DNA of 64,000 nt from an uncultured delta proteobacterium (GCA_963840855.1 CAWJBB010000065.1:1-64000), one strand, 5' to 3'; counted from the stretch's first letter, positions 40,815 to 51,055 are shown. Numbers and translations are program-made. Notes: generated by a model not told the origin, from the letters alone.

Positions 40815-41264
40815 ATGAAGTTTCACGGCGACTTGTTGATCGCGCGACCTGTAGAAGAGGTATGGGAATTTTTGTGGGACATCGAAAAGTTGTCCCGCTG
40901 CATCCCCGGATGCCAGGCTGTCAAGACCGTGAAAGAGCGCGAGAAATACCAATTGAGCGTAAAGGACAGCGTCGGCCCCATCACTGTGCAGTTTGAATTG
41001 TTGGCTGACGTGAAAAAGCTGGAGCCGTTGAAGCGAATCGAGATTGCCATGGAGGGGAAGGATTTCAAGGCGGGAGGCGTGCGCCAGACGATGATCCTCG
41101 CGCTCACCCCAAACGGTAATGATACTCAGGTGGATTTCGAGACCGACGTCAACGTGTTCGGAAGATTAGGCACTCTCGGTTATTCGTTTGTGAAGAGAAA
41201 AGCAGAGGCCGTCATCAAAGAGTTCGGAGACAATGTTAAGGGTGCTATCGAGGCAAATTCCTAA
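40815..41264 (+). CDS. CoxG/SRPBCC-family protein
   Basis: PVEEVWEFLWDIEKLSRCIPGC, VGPI, VFGRLGTLG. Confidence 0.88.
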   Translation: MKFHGDLLIARPVEEVWEFLWDIEKLSRCIPGCQAVKTVKEREKYQLSVKDSVGPITVQFELLADVKKLEPLKRIEIAMEGKDFKAGGVRQTMILALTPNGNDTQVDFETDVNVFGRLGTLGYSFVKRKAEAVIKEFGDNVKGAIEANS

Positions 41265-41284
41265 ACGGGCGCAAGGGAGTTGTA

Positions 41285-42172
41285 ATGATCGAGAGGAAAT
41301 TAATCCGACCGGATACGTTGGCGGAAGCGTTGGCTCAACGTGAACAATATGAGAAAGACGGATTGCCCATTGCGGGGGGGCAATCACTCTTGGTGTTGTT
41401 GCGCAATAAGCTCATCGATCCCAAAGTTTTGATCGATCTGGAGCGGATTGGAGAGTTGCGCGGCCTGCAGCAGCGGACGGATGGGATGTCGATCGGAGCC
41501 ATGACAACGATCCACAATCTGGCCTCAGCACCCGAGGTGCGAGGGGCGATCCCAATCTTGACTCAGGCGGCATCCAAGGTAGGTTCCACCGCGATTAGAA
41601 ATCTCGGCACGATAGGCGGCAACCTCTGTCACAACGAGCCCGGCGCGGATTTGCCGCCGGCGCTGCTGGCTTTGAATGCCGTTGTCGAACTCCGCAGTCG
41701 AGAGCGAACAAGAAAAGTCCCATTGCCGGAGTTCTTTCGAGGTTATTTCGAGACCACCATCGCGCCCGATGAACTACTCTGCCGCATCGAGATTCCGGTT
41801 TTGCCCGGTAGAGGGTCGGCCGTTTACTTGAAGCATGCGATCAGCTCGGAGGATCTTGCAATTGCGGGAGTAGCTGTGGTTCTGATCCCGGATGAGCAGC
41901 AGCCGCCGAGAGCGCAGGAGATACGGATCGGGTTGGGCGGTGTCGCGCCAATTCCGTTCAGAGCGAGCAAAGCTGAAACCGCCCTGCGCGGTGTAGCGCT
42001 CGATGACTCGGCGATCCGCGCAGCGGGAGAAATTGCCTCATCCGAGGCCGATCCAATGACTGATCTTCACGGTTCGGCGGATTATCGGCGAAAAATGGTC
42101 AAGGTTCTCGTTCGCAGGGCAATATCCGCAGCGATCCGACAATCGGGAAGGAACGGTCATGGCAAAGCTTAA
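41285..42172 (+). CDS. Xanthine dehydrogenase-family FAD subunit (CoxM-like)
   Basis: IAGGQSL, IRNLGTIGGNL, DLHGSADYR. Confidence 0.93.
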   Translation: MIERKLIRPDTLAEALAQREQYEKDGLPIAGGQSLLVLLRNKLIDPKVLIDLERIGELRGLQQRTDGMSIGAMTTIHNLASAPEVRGAIPILTQAASKVGSTAIRNLGTIGGNLCHNEPGADLPPALLALNAVVELRSRERTRKVPLPEFFRGYFETTIAPDELLCRIEIPVLPGRGSAVYLKHAISSEDLAIAGVAVVLIPDEQQPPRAQEIRIGLGGVAPIPFRASKAETALRGVALDDSAIRAAGEIASSEADPMTDLHGSADYRRKMVKVLVRRAISAAIRQSGRNGHGKA

Positions 42173-42623
42173 ACTTCAAGTCAACGGCGAGGAAATCGAT
42201 CTCGAGGCAAAAGAGGCGGCGCTGTTGTTGGATGTTCTCAGAGAAGGCTTGGGATTAACCGGTACGAAGCGCGGCTGCGAGACCAGTCACTGCGGCGCGT
42301 GCACCGTTTTGTTGGACGGAATGGCCGTGCATAGCTGCGTGGTTCTGGCCGCTCGATGTGAAGGGAAAGCGATCACGACCGTTGAAGGTCTGGGCGAGGG
42401 CGGAGAACTGAACGAGCTGCAGCGGCAGTTTCTCAAGCACGGCGCGTTACAGTGCGGTTATTGCACCCCCGGGATGTTGATGGCCGCAACGGCCTTGCTA
42501 CGGCGCACGCCGCGACCGAGCTTGGAGGAAATTAAGCTCGGGCTTGACGGCAACTTATGCCGTTGCACGGGTTATACAGGGATCTTCGACGCGATTCAGG
42601 CGTGCGCGCTGGGGAGCAAATGA
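42159..42623 (+). CDS. (2Fe-2S) subunit (CoxS-like)
   Basis: GCETSHCGACTV, QCGYCTPG, GNLCRCTGY. Confidence 0.95.
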   Translation: MAKLKLQVNGEEIDLEAKEAALLLDVLREGLGLTGTKRGCETSHCGACTVLLDGMAVHSCVVLAARCEGKAITTVEGLGEGGELNELQRQFLKHGALQCGYCTPGMLMAATALLRRTPRPSLEEIKLGLDGNLCRCTGYTGIFDAIQACALGSK

Positions 42624-42798
42624 AGCTCCTCGGAGCAAAGCTCCGAGGTATCTTGCGAAATTCTCCGAAGCCCTTCCACCCTCCTTGCCTACTCAGCCGA
42701 AGCAGTCGCTTCGGCTGCGAAGGCCGGGCGCCAAGGCTACGGAGGGTTCTCCTCACCTTCATCCTCGCAGCAAGCTGCGAGGTATTCGGCGAAGGAGA
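42620..42798 (-). mobile_element. PATE-like element, copy D (with internal hairpin insert)
   Basis: Same family; supplies the TGA of the CoxS-like gene; target TTTAT. Confidence 0.8.
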
Positions 42799-42919
42799 AT
42801 AAAGCCAGCGCGCGGTTCGAGATACAACGTCAAGTTCCGGAAGGACATTGAACCCAGATTCCGCAGTCGCGATCGCCGCAAAGAGCGAGGCGAACCCTTC
42901 CATAGCGAAGGTCAACGCA

Positions 42920-45214
42920 ATGCAAACGGCAAGGAATAAAAAAGTCAAACCGCGGAGCTTTACTTCAATCGGCAAACCGGCGCCCAAAATCGAGGGGCTG
43001 CAAAAAGTTTCCGGCACAGCGCTCTATACGGCGGATAATCTGATTCCCGGAACAATTTGGGGCAAAGTTTTGCGCAGCCCCTATGCTCACGCCCGTATCG
43101 TCCGCGTGGACGCTTCACGGGTAAAATCACGGCCAGGGGTCATGGCCGTTATCACCGCGCTGGATATCCCCGACCTGTTGACCGGACGCCGGCTGCGCGA
43201 CATGCCGATGCTGGCGCGCGATCGCGCCCGTTTCATCGGCGAGAAAGTGGCGGTGGTGGCAGCAGAGGACCGCAATATTGCGGAAGAGGCGGCCCAACTG
43301 ATCGAGGTGGAGTATGAGCCGTTGCCGGCGGTGTTCGATCCGCTGGTCGCTGTCACCGCGGGGGCGCCGCAGCTTCATGAAAAGCTCAAGGACTATCAGG
43401 GGCTGCCGAAACTCGCCTCTTCAATCAATAATGTATACTCGCATGACGAGTGGCGTATTGGCGATGTCGAGCGGGGGTTTCGCGAGTCCGATCAAATTTT
43501 CGAGGATACGTTCACGACGCAGCATGTTCATCAATCGTATCTGGAGCCCCATTCGAGCGTGCTATCCATAGACAAACACACCGGCTCCGTCCTTGTCTGG
43601 GTGAGCAACAAGGCTCCGTACCAGACCAAGCAAAGTCTTGCGCACGCGATTGGCGTCCCCGCCGAAAAAATCGTCATCCACGTCTCTGCGATAGGCGGTG
43701 ACTTTGGCGGTAAGGGTGCGCTCATGGACCTTCCCCTCTGTTATTTCCTCGCTGAGCGGACGGGCCGGCCGGTGCGGATGATCATGACTTATACCGAAGA
43801 GCTCATGGCGGGAAATCCTCGGCACGCGGCGGTTATCGTCGTGAAGACGGGTGTTAAAAAAGATGGAACGATTATGGCGAGACAGGTCAGGGCTTTTTGG
43901 AATGGCGGCGCCTATGGCGCGATGAAGCCGATTCCGTCGGTGAACTTGCCGGGCGCCGTCAAAGCCGCCGGCTCCTATCGTATTCCAAACGTGAAGATCG
44001 ACTCCTACGCGGTTTACACCAACAGTGTCCCCTGCGGTCATTTCCGCTCTCCGGGAATGGTACAACTGGTTTTTGCCGGCGAATCCCAGATGGATATGAT
44101 CGCCGAATCGCTGCAGATCGATCCTCTCGAGATTCGAATCCGCAACGCTCTTCAAGACGGCGATCCGACGCCGGGGGAGAACAAGCATGGCCTGATCGAC
44201 GTTAAGTGCCGGGATGTGCTCGAGTCGGCCGGCGAGGTTTCCAGATGGAAGACGTTTAGAAAAGCACCTCATGTGGGCCGCGGGGTTGCGCTATCCTATC
44301 GCAACGTTGGCATCGGCGACGCCAATGCGCGATTGAGTTTAGGTACCGACGGCATCGTCTCGTTATTGATCACCTACGCCGACACCGGCACCGGCGCGCA
44401 TACGATCCTTTGTCAGATGATTGCCGAGGTCTTGGACATTCCGTTAGATCGAGTGAGATTGGAAGTAGGAACAACGGACTCTTTCCGCTCCGAATCCGGC
44501 ACTGGCGCCAGCCGTGTGACCTTTGTGTTAGGACAGGCTGTGTTGAAGGCCGTCGACCAGTTAAAGGCCCTGCTGCGCCAGCGTGCCGCGAAAATGCTCG
44601 GCGTATCGGCCGACGGGATCGCGATCAAAAATGGCAAGGCGGCCGTGGAAGGCCGTAGCGCGCCATCTTTGTCTCTAGCTCAAATGGCCGCCGCTGCCGC
44701 AGCCGAAGGCGAGCGTCTCGAGGTGGAAAGCTATTACGAAGCCACTGAGACGCCCCCGGAAGGAGTATTCACTGCCTGCGTCGCCGAGGTGTATGTCGAC
44801 ACGGAGACCGGGCAAGTCCACTTACGGAAACTCAATACGGTTCATGACGTTGCGACGATTCTCAATCCCGTCGGACACCAGGGACAGATCGACAGCGGTA
44901 TCATGCAAGGGGTGGGTTATGCTCTCACCGAAGAAATGGTGATGGCGGATGGGCAAGTTACGACCCTGAGCCTTGGCGACTACAAGATACCGAACATCAA
45001 GGATATTTCCGCCTTGCAAACGACCCTCGTCCGAGGCGATGTCGGCGCGGCGCCGTTCCAAAGCAAGGAGATCGGCGAAAGCGCCATTTCCCAAGTCGCG
45101 CCGGCGATCGCCAACGCCGTTTATGACGCGGTGGGCGTGCGCATTAAGGATCTGCCCATTACGGCCGAGAAAGTTTTCCGCGCTTTACAGGAAAGTCGCG
45201 CTCGCGCGTCGTAG
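42920..45214 (+). CDS. Xanthine dehydrogenase-family molybdopterin-binding subunit (L2)
   Basis: YLEPH, IGGDFGGKG, GHFRSPG, DTGTG, GQIDSGIMQGVG, SKEIGE. Confidence 0.93.
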   Translation: MQTARNKKVKPRSFTSIGKPAPKIEGLQKVSGTALYTADNLIPGTIWGKVLRSPYAHARIVRVDASRVKSRPGVMAVITALDIPDLLTGRRLRDMPMLARDRARFIGEKVAVVAAEDRNIAEEAAQLIEVEYEPLPAVFDPLVAVTAGAPQLHEKLKDYQGLPKLASSINNVYSHDEWRIGDVERGFRESDQIFEDTFTTQHVHQSYLEPHSSVLSIDKHTGSVLVWVSNKAPYQTKQSLAHAIGVPAEKIVIHVSAIGGDFGGKGALMDLPLCYFLAERTGRPVRMIMTYTEELMAGNPRHAAVIVVKTGVKKDGTIMARQVRAFWNGGAYGAMKPIPSVNLPGAVKAAGSYRIPNVKIDSYAVYTNSVPCGHFRSPGMVQLVFAGESQMDMIAESLQIDPLEIRIRNALQDGDPTPGENKHGLIDVKCRDVLESAGEVSRWKTFRKAPHVGRGVALSYRNVGIGDANARLSLGTDGIVSLLITYADTGTGAHTILCQMIAEVLDIPLDRVRLEVGTTDSFRSESGTGASRVTFVLGQAVLKAVDQLKALLRQRAAKMLGVSADGIAIKNGKAAVEGRSAPSLSLAQMAAAAAAEGERLEVESYYEATETPPEGVFTACVAEVYVDTETGQVHLRKLNTVHDVATILNPVGHQGQIDSGIMQGVGYALTEEMVMADGQVTTLSLGDYKIPNIKDISALQTTLVRGDVGAAPFQSKEIGESAISQVAPAIANAVYDAVGVRIKDLPITAEKVFRALQESRARAS

Positions 45215-45269
45215 GGCGCGAGCCGCTTTGAGAATTGCGTTGGCAGTTCGCATTGCCGAGGAGGTAACG

Positions 45270-46220
45270 ATGATCCCGATGATTGTCCTATCGCTCTGCT
45301 GGTTCTTGCTCTTTCCATATCTCGCGACAGCTCAGCCGCTGAAGGAACTTCGCATCGGTTCCAGCGACGTCACCGTCAGCAACTTGTGCACGTTTTACGC
45401 GCGGGATCGAAAATATTTCGAAGCCGAAGGCTTTGACGTCAAGATCATCATCATCAAAACAGAAGCGGCCCTGGCCGCGTTGGGGGTCGGAGATCTCGAT
45501 TATTCGACCTTGAGCACTTCGTCTATTGAAGCCACGCTCAAAGGAATGCCGTTGCGTCTGATCGCCGTGACGAACCGGCAACCTTTGCTAGGTTTGTTGG
45601 TTCGCAAGGGAATCAATAACGTGTCGGAGCTGCGCGGCAAGAAATTATCGATCAGTTCTTTCGGCGGCGCGATTTACGGCGCCGCGGTGTATTTACTCAA
45701 GAACCACGGGCTTAGACCAAAGGAGGACGTTGTTATACTGGCGGGAGGTTCCAACTCGGCGCGCGCTGCCGCGCTTAAACAGGGCGCGGTGGATGCCGCG
45801 CTCTTGAGTTCTCCGGATGACATAAGAGCCGCCGGAGAAGGGTTCCGTATCTTGCTTGACGTTGGCAACGATTATCGGCTGCCGTGGGGCGGCGTCAGCA
45901 CGACCCTGGGGAAAATTCGCGGCAATGGCTCTGAAGTCGAAAAGGTTCTGCGTGCTGTTCTGCGCGCCACCAGGGCGATTACCGATCCGCACCATAAGGA
46001 TGATGTGACGGGGTGGATAGGGAAATTTTTCAAGCTCGATCGGGCCATGTCCGAAGAGTTCTATCGCAGGCTTGTTCCCTCTCTAAGCCCTACCGGGTTC
46101 GTGGAGCGTGACAAAATCAAGCTGGTGATCGACAACGCTGTCGAGCGCGGCTTGACCGACAAGCCTCTCGATCCGGATGCGGTGACGGACTTTTCCATCG
46201 CAAGGCAACTGCGTTTCTAA
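45270..46220 (+). CDS. SsuA/NMT1/THI5-type substrate-binding protein
   Basis: RBS gaggagg, signal peptide, YFEAEGFDV, ELRGKKL, AALKQGAVDAA. Confidence 0.88.
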   Translation: MIPMIVLSLCWFLLFPYLATAQPLKELRIGSSDVTVSNLCTFYARDRKYFEAEGFDVKIIIIKTEAALAALGVGDLDYSTLSTSSIEATLKGMPLRLIAVTNRQPLLGLLVRKGINNVSELRGKKLSISSFGGAIYGAAVYLLKNHGLRPKEDVVILAGGSNSARAAALKQGAVDAALLSSPDDIRAAGEGFRILLDVGNDYRLPWGGVSTTLGKIRGNGSEVEKVLRAVLRATRAITDPHHKDDVTGWIGKFFKLDRAMSEEFYRRLVPSLSPTGFVERDKIKLVIDNAVERGLTDKPLDPDAVTDFSIARQLRF

Positions 46221-46238
46221 ATCAAGGGAGCGAATCTT

Positions 46239-46739
46239 ATGAAGGCTGAGGCGAGTGAAGCCATCGTTAGAGGTCTCAAATCGGCGGGCGTGGACTTGGT
46301 CGCTATTCTGCCGGATCATGGGTTCGATCGAGTGCAAAGGAAAATCGCTGAAGATGACAGCTTTACCTTCGTGCCGGTGAGCAACGAAAGCATCGGCGTG
46401 GGCATATGCGCTGGAGCGTTCTTCGGCGGCAAGTCCCCTGCGCTGATGATTCCTACGTCCGGTTTTTTAGTTGCAGCATGGCCTCTGGCGAGCCTGCACA
46501 ATCTATGGAACATTCCGCTCCTGTTACTGATCCCGTACCGCGGCGAAATCGGCGACGCGCAGCCCGTAATGAGGACGTATCAGTTTACCACCGAGCCGAT
46601 TCTACGGGACTTGCAGATACCCTTTGTCAACGTGAGCGAGATTCCGAAAATTGAAGGCGCCATCAAGGACGCGGTAAGTTCGGCTTTTGCATGGCAGAAT
46701 CCGATTTGTATTTTATTCTCGGGGGAGACACTACGATGA
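46239..46739 (+). CDS. ComD-like ThDP enzyme alpha (Pyr) subunit, pair 1
   Basis: LPD, VSNESIGVGICAG, IPLLLLIPYRGE. Confidence 0.85.
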   Translation: MKAEASEAIVRGLKSAGVDLVAILPDHGFDRVQRKIAEDDSFTFVPVSNESIGVGICAGAFFGGKSPALMIPTSGFLVAAWPLASLHNLWNIPLLLLIPYRGEIGDAQPVMRTYQFTTEPILRDLQIPFVNVSEIPKIEGAIKDAVSSAFAWQNPICILFSGETLR

Positions 46740-47350
46740 AGCGATTCGATTGTCTGAAAGCTCTGGCCACCGTCGTGCGCGAGGACGATCTGGTCGTCAC
46801 CAACCTGGGAAACACAATGCACGAGTGGCTTACCGTCCGGCCGTCGCGCGCGAATCTGTACAATATGAACCTTGGTCAGTGCACCCCGGTCGCTTTCGGA
46901 CTCGCATTGGCTCTACCCCATCGAAGGATCCTGGCGCTGGATGGAGATGGCAACCTCCTTTTGAATCTGGCTTCATTGGCCGACGTCGCGCATAGCAAAC
47001 CGGCTAACCTGCGAATCTTCGTATTCGACAACGAGGCCTACGAATCGCCGGGAGGAATGCCGAGCGCCACGGCCCATGGGGTGGATCTCGTCCAGATCGC
47101 CAAGGGCTGCGGCATCAACAAGAGTTTTGTGGTCTCGACGATTGAAGAATTCAAACAAAGGCTCCAGTTAGTCGACGAGAGCGGACTATTGTTTATTACC
47201 GCGAAAATCGAGCTCGGCACGATTGAAAGACCGCCCTACGCGGCCATGGATCACAAGTATAATAAGTACATTTTTGCGTCCTATATTGAGGAAACAGAAA
47301 AAAAACCGGTGCTGCGCTTGCGCTCCAGATCGCCGTTCACCGAAAAGTAA
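46736..47350 (+). CDS. ComE-like ThDP enzyme beta (PP) subunit, pair 1
   Basis: MKRFDCL, GDG...FDNEAY ThDP motif; ATGA overlap with the alpha subunit. Confidence 0.87.
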   Translation: MKRFDCLKALATVVREDDLVVTNLGNTMHEWLTVRPSRANLYNMNLGQCTPVAFGLALALPHRRILALDGDGNLLLNLASLADVAHSKPANLRIFVFDNEAYESPGGMPSATAHGVDLVQIAKGCGINKSFVVSTIEEFKQRLQLVDESGLLFITAKIELGTIERPPYAAMDHKYNKYIFASYIEETEKKPVLRLRSRSPFTEK

Positions 47351-47419
47351 AACCCGAGCGCAACGACACGGGACGGAAGGCAAAGTTATCGCTGCTGACA
47401 TAGTCAAGGGAGAAAAATT

Positions 47420-48418
47420 ATGTCCTGGATGCCATCGCTTTTTTTGGTTCTGTTGTTGATATATCCGTCGTGGGCTCCGGCCCAGTCAACAAAACTGGAA
47501 TCAGTGAAAATCGGCTACAGCGGCGTAGGTATTGCGCATGACCTGCTTAAAATCATGGGCAACAAGTTCGTCTTCGAAAAACACGGACTGAACGCGCAAA
47601 GCATCTACATCGGCAGCGGTTCGCTGATGAATCAGGCGGTGGTGGGCGGGAGTATTCAGTTCACCACCTCTGATCTTCCCTCGCAAATCCAATCGGCGCT
47701 CGCGGGCATAGATTTCAAGATCATCAGCGTTACCATCGACAGACTTGACGGCGCGATCATGGCTCGGAAAGGGATCCGAACCCCGCAGGAACTCAAAGGG
47801 AAAAAAATAGCCATCAGCCGGTTTGGCTCGGTGTCCGATATCGTGACGCGCATGGTCCTCAGGCATTGGGGCTTGGACGTCAAGGACGTTACTTTGATGC
47901 AAGTAGGCAATACACCGACTCGCATCGCGGCAATCTTGAGCGGCCAGGTGGACGGTGGGCTAATCAATCCGACCGACGTTGACAGACTGGCCGCCAGCGG
48001 TTGCTGTGTTTTGCTGGCAGACTTAAGCGCTCTGGATATTCCCTATGCGAGATTTGGCGTGGCCGGCTTGGGAAGTTATTTCAAAGCGAATCCTGACACC
48101 GCAGCCCGAGTATTGGCTGCCTTTACGGATGGAATTCATTATTACAAGACTCACCCGGACGACGGTATTGCTGCCCTGCGAAGCAGAGGCGGCGATGCGC
48201 AGATGTCCAAGGAGATATACCAAAAGGTGGCGGATTCTTATCGCGCCCGGCCCGACCCGGATCTGGTCAGCATCAAAGGCGTTTTGGACTCTCTGGCTGA
48301 TGAACGAACCAAAAAAATCCGCCCGGAAACACTGGTCGACCCCACGCCCTGGGAGAGAGTGGCAAAAAGCGGCCTGGTGGAAAGGCTCTATGGCAAGAAA
48401 GATCCTTCAACAAAATAA
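47420..48418 (+). CDS. SsuA/NMT1-type substrate-binding protein
   Basis: Signal peptide; FEKHGL, LKGKKIAISRFGSVSD, RIAAILSGQVDG. Confidence 0.9.
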   Translation: MSWMPSLFLVLLLIYPSWAPAQSTKLESVKIGYSGVGIAHDLLKIMGNKFVFEKHGLNAQSIYIGSGSLMNQAVVGGSIQFTTSDLPSQIQSALAGIDFKIISVTIDRLDGAIMARKGIRTPQELKGKKIAISRFGSVSDIVTRMVLRHWGLDVKDVTLMQVGNTPTRIAAILSGQVDGGLINPTDVDRLAASGCCVLLADLSALDIPYARFGVAGLGSYFKANPDTAARVLAAFTDGIHYYKTHPDDGIAALRSRGGDAQMSKEIYQKVADSYRARPDPDLVSIKGVLDSLADERTKKIRPETLVDPTPWERVAKSGLVERLYGKKDPSTK

Positions 48419-48520
48419 CCGTGTCGGCAAAATCCGACTGATCCAGAGGCGCCGGCATCCGAAGTCTTGAGGGATCTCATGTTTAGCGGGACGCAAATTT
48501 CTCGGGTAAGAGGTTAACCT

Positions 48521-49030
48521 ATGAAAGAGACCATAGCTAAAGAAGTCGTTGACGGACTCAAAGACGCAGGGGTGAAGTTTGCTTCCTATTTGCCCGACAG
48601 TTGGCTGAAACCGATTTACCGCCGTCTATCAGAGGATCCGCATTTCATCACAATGCCCGTTTCCAACGAGGGGGTCGGCGTTGGATTGTGCTGCGGCGCC
48701 TGGCTGGGCGGAATGAAGGCGGTGATGTTGATGGAGAATACCGGTGTGCGCATGGCCTGTGATCAACTGGCTCGCCTGGGGATCAGCATCGGACTGCCCT
48801 GTTTCATGATCATTCCATACCGCGGAGATTTCGGCGATAAGCTGACCTATGCCGTAGCGCATGGCCAGACCATGCTTCCGGTTCTCGACGCGCTGCGCAT
48901 ACCCTACCATATAGTTCGCGAGGAAGACCGCATTCGTCAATCGATCCGCCGCTGTCTGACGACGATGAGCGTCACCAACTATCACGTGGCCATGATCATG
49001 GGCGCCGAAGTATGCGTCGAGAATCTTTGA
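48521..49030 (+). CDS. ComD-like alpha subunit, pair 2
   Basis: YLPDSWL, VSNEGVGVGLCCGAWLGG, MENTG, PYRGD. Confidence 0.87.
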   Translation: MKETIAKEVVDGLKDAGVKFASYLPDSWLKPIYRRLSEDPHFITMPVSNEGVGVGLCCGAWLGGMKAVMLMENTGVRMACDQLARLGISIGLPCFMIIPYRGDFGDKLTYAVAHGQTMLPVLDALRIPYHIVREEDRIRQSIRRCLTTMSVTNYHVAMIMGAEVCVENL

Positions 49031-49052
49031 TGCGGCGAAGGAGAAATTAATC

Positions 49053-49646
49053 GTGGAAAGAATCGATTGTCTGAAGGCCCTGGTTCCCTATATCAAAGAT
49101 CAGTTGGTCGTGGTCTCTTTAGGCCGAACGCCGCAGGAATGGGCCGAGGTCTGCCCGCGCGACGGCAACATGTTCAACTCGGGAATGGGCAATCATATCC
49201 CGGTAGCTTTGGGTTTGGCGAAGGCGCTGCCGCATCGCCAGATTATTCTCCTGGATACCGATGGCAGCGTGCTCATGCTGCTTTCGGCCCTGACCACTTT
49301 GGGATCTTACCCGGCGCCCAACTTGAAGGTTTTTGTCTTCGACAACGAAGCTTACGAGGGCACCGGCGGCCAGCCGACGGATACGTCACGGATGGCAGAC
49401 ATCGCCGCCATCGCGCAAGGCGCCGGCGTGGGCGGAGCCATAACGATCAAAGATTTGGATTCCTTTAAGGCCGCGGCGCGGAGCGCTTTGACCCAAGAGG
49501 GAATGACTTTCATCGTAGTCAAAGTCGAACTGGCAAAGGGACCGGCGCCGCGCAAGGCGGTTGGCCATAAGGAAGACCTGGTGCGGTTTGTGAGATACGT
49601 CGAGAAAACCGAGAACGTAACGATTCTTCACGCCGAGCATTCTTGA
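49053..49646 (+). CDS. ComE-like beta subunit, pair 2
   Basis: ERIDCL, SGMG, DTDGS...FDNEAYEGTGGQ. Confidence 0.87.
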   Translation: MERIDCLKALVPYIKDQLVVVSLGRTPQEWAEVCPRDGNMFNSGMGNHIPVALGLAKALPHRQIILLDTDGSVLMLLSALTTLGSYPAPNLKVFVFDNEAYEGTGGQPTDTSRMADIAAIAQGAGVGGAITIKDLDSFKAAARSALTQEGMTFIVVKVELAKGPAPRKAVGHKEDLVRFVRYVEKTENVTILHAEHS

Positions 49647-49698
49647 AATTCGCGCGGAAACATCGGTAGTGCTTCAGTCTGATTTCAACGCCGGAAAA

Positions 49699-49757
49699 TG
49701 TAGGGGCACGCCCCTGTGCGTGCCCTCGTTGGGCGACCACGGGGGGTCGCCCCTACA
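49699..49757. repeat. GTAG-type REP doublet (possible terminator between convergent genes)
   Basis: tgtaggggcacgccc..gtgccc...gggcgaccac..gtcgcccctaca. Confidence 0.7.
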
Positions 49758-49814
49758 AACAAATTATTCTGAAACTGAACCGCGACGGAAACACTATCGC
49801 AAGAACGCGGGTTC

Positions 49815-50795
49815 TTATTTGAAAACCCGGTCGAGAAAGCCGCTCTGATCCAGTTCCTTCAGATAGCGCAGCGCGAAAAAATCTTCGGGTTTGAATTTTT
49901 TGGCGAGGGGCTCACGAATGGCGATGGCGTCCAATACCGCCTGCATTCCCTTCTCGCTGCCGTAAGGTTTTCGGGGCAGGATCTTTAGCAGGTAATCGTA
50001 AGTCTCGTCGAGGGCTTCCCGGTCCTCGAGACGCATCCAACGGCTCAACGTGACGAGGCTTTCTTCTTTGTTCTTGTGAATATAAGCGATGGCTTCAACG
50101 AAGCCGCTCAGAAAACCAAGTACCGTCTGGTGATTCTTCTGAGCAAAATCAGAAGTCACATCGATGGAATTATACGCCCAGGTAAGGCCGGCTTCTTGAA
50201 AACTGGTGATCTGCGTGAAGCCCATCTTTCTGGCGGTTACGGTGAGCGGGGGAGAAATCACCGTGGCGTCGACAGAGCCGGACCGTAGCGCGGAGAAGCG
50301 CGCGGTCTGGTCTCCGATACCCAATATCACCGCCTCCTTTTCCGGGTTGACTCCCAGGTTTCTCAAAGCGATTCGCAGCGACAGATCGGACACGGATCCC
50401 AACCGGCTGATCGCGAATCGTTTTCCTTTGAGTTGACCGGCGGACTTGATCGTCTGGGCGGAGACCAGAGTGTAGGGCAGAGTGTCGATGAACACAGCGA
50501 TGGTCGCCATATCGGCGCCGCGCATTTTAGCCTCGACGATCGAGCTGGTTCCACCGGCGTGAAACTGGACGGAGCCCGAGAGCAACGCCTGGACCGCGAG
50601 AGGCCCGCCCTGGATCGTAATGACTTCAGTATCGAGTCCGTGCTTCTTGAACAGGCGCCGGTCTTGGGCGATCCAGAGCGGCAACAACTCGCCGCTCAAC
50701 CCGGCGCTAGCGATGCGTATAGGCACGGCGTAAGCATGGGACAATACCGAAGAGACAGATAGCCCCAGCACAAGGCCTAGCAAGATCCGTCGCAT
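49815..50795 (-). CDS. SsuA/NMT1-type substrate-binding protein
   Basis: Signal peptide; PLWIAQDRRLFKKHGLD, LKGKRFAISRLGS, ELDQSGF. Confidence 0.9.
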   Translation of the reverse strand: MRRILLGLVLGLSVSSVLSHAYAVPIRIASAGLSGELLPLWIAQDRRLFKKHGLDTEVITIQGGPLAVQALLSGSVQFHAGGTSSIVEAKMRGADMATIAVFIDTLPYTLVSAQTIKSAGQLKGKRFAISRLGSVSDLSLRIALRNLGVNPEKEAVILGIGDQTARFSALRSGSVDATVISPPLTVTARKMGFTQITSFQEAGLTWAYNSIDVTSDFAQKNHQTVLGFLSGFVEAIAYIHKNKEESLVTLSRWMRLEDREALDETYDYLLKILPRKPYGSEKGMQAVLDAIAIREPLAKKFKPEDFFALRYLKELDQSGFLDRVFK

Positions 50796-50974
50796 TTTAC
50801 CCTCCTGGAACAACATCATTTGATGCGCGTCGCTTCGGCGAGTGAGCCCTCACCCTTTTCCCCCTCTCCAGAGACGGGCGAGGGGGAACCGTTTAGGCGT
50901 AGTCTCTTACACTCCGAGGTCTGAGAATTTGTCTCTAACATTTCATGCTCTTCAATGAACTGACAAGAATGTTG

Positions 50975-51055
50975 TCGCGCCAAGACGCTAAGCTCGCAAA
51001 GAAAGATTTTTACCTATTGCTCCGAACCTTGGCGCCTTTGCGCCTTTGCGCGAGA
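50975..51055. repeat. cgccaag/ctttgcg palindromic intergenic repeat family
   Basis: tcgcgccaagacgctaagctcgcaaag...cttggcgcctttgcgcctttgcgcgaga; also at 57764-57873 and 59203-59307. Confidence 0.7.

Noticed and set aside
40815-45214. Aerobic CO dehydrogenase (coxMSL)
   Set aside because: The L subunits lack AYxCSFR/AYxGAGR, and no coxDEF genes are present.
46239-49646. Coenzyme M or phosphonate biosynthesis cluster
   Set aside because: No comA/B/C, cysteate synthase or PEP mutase in the window.
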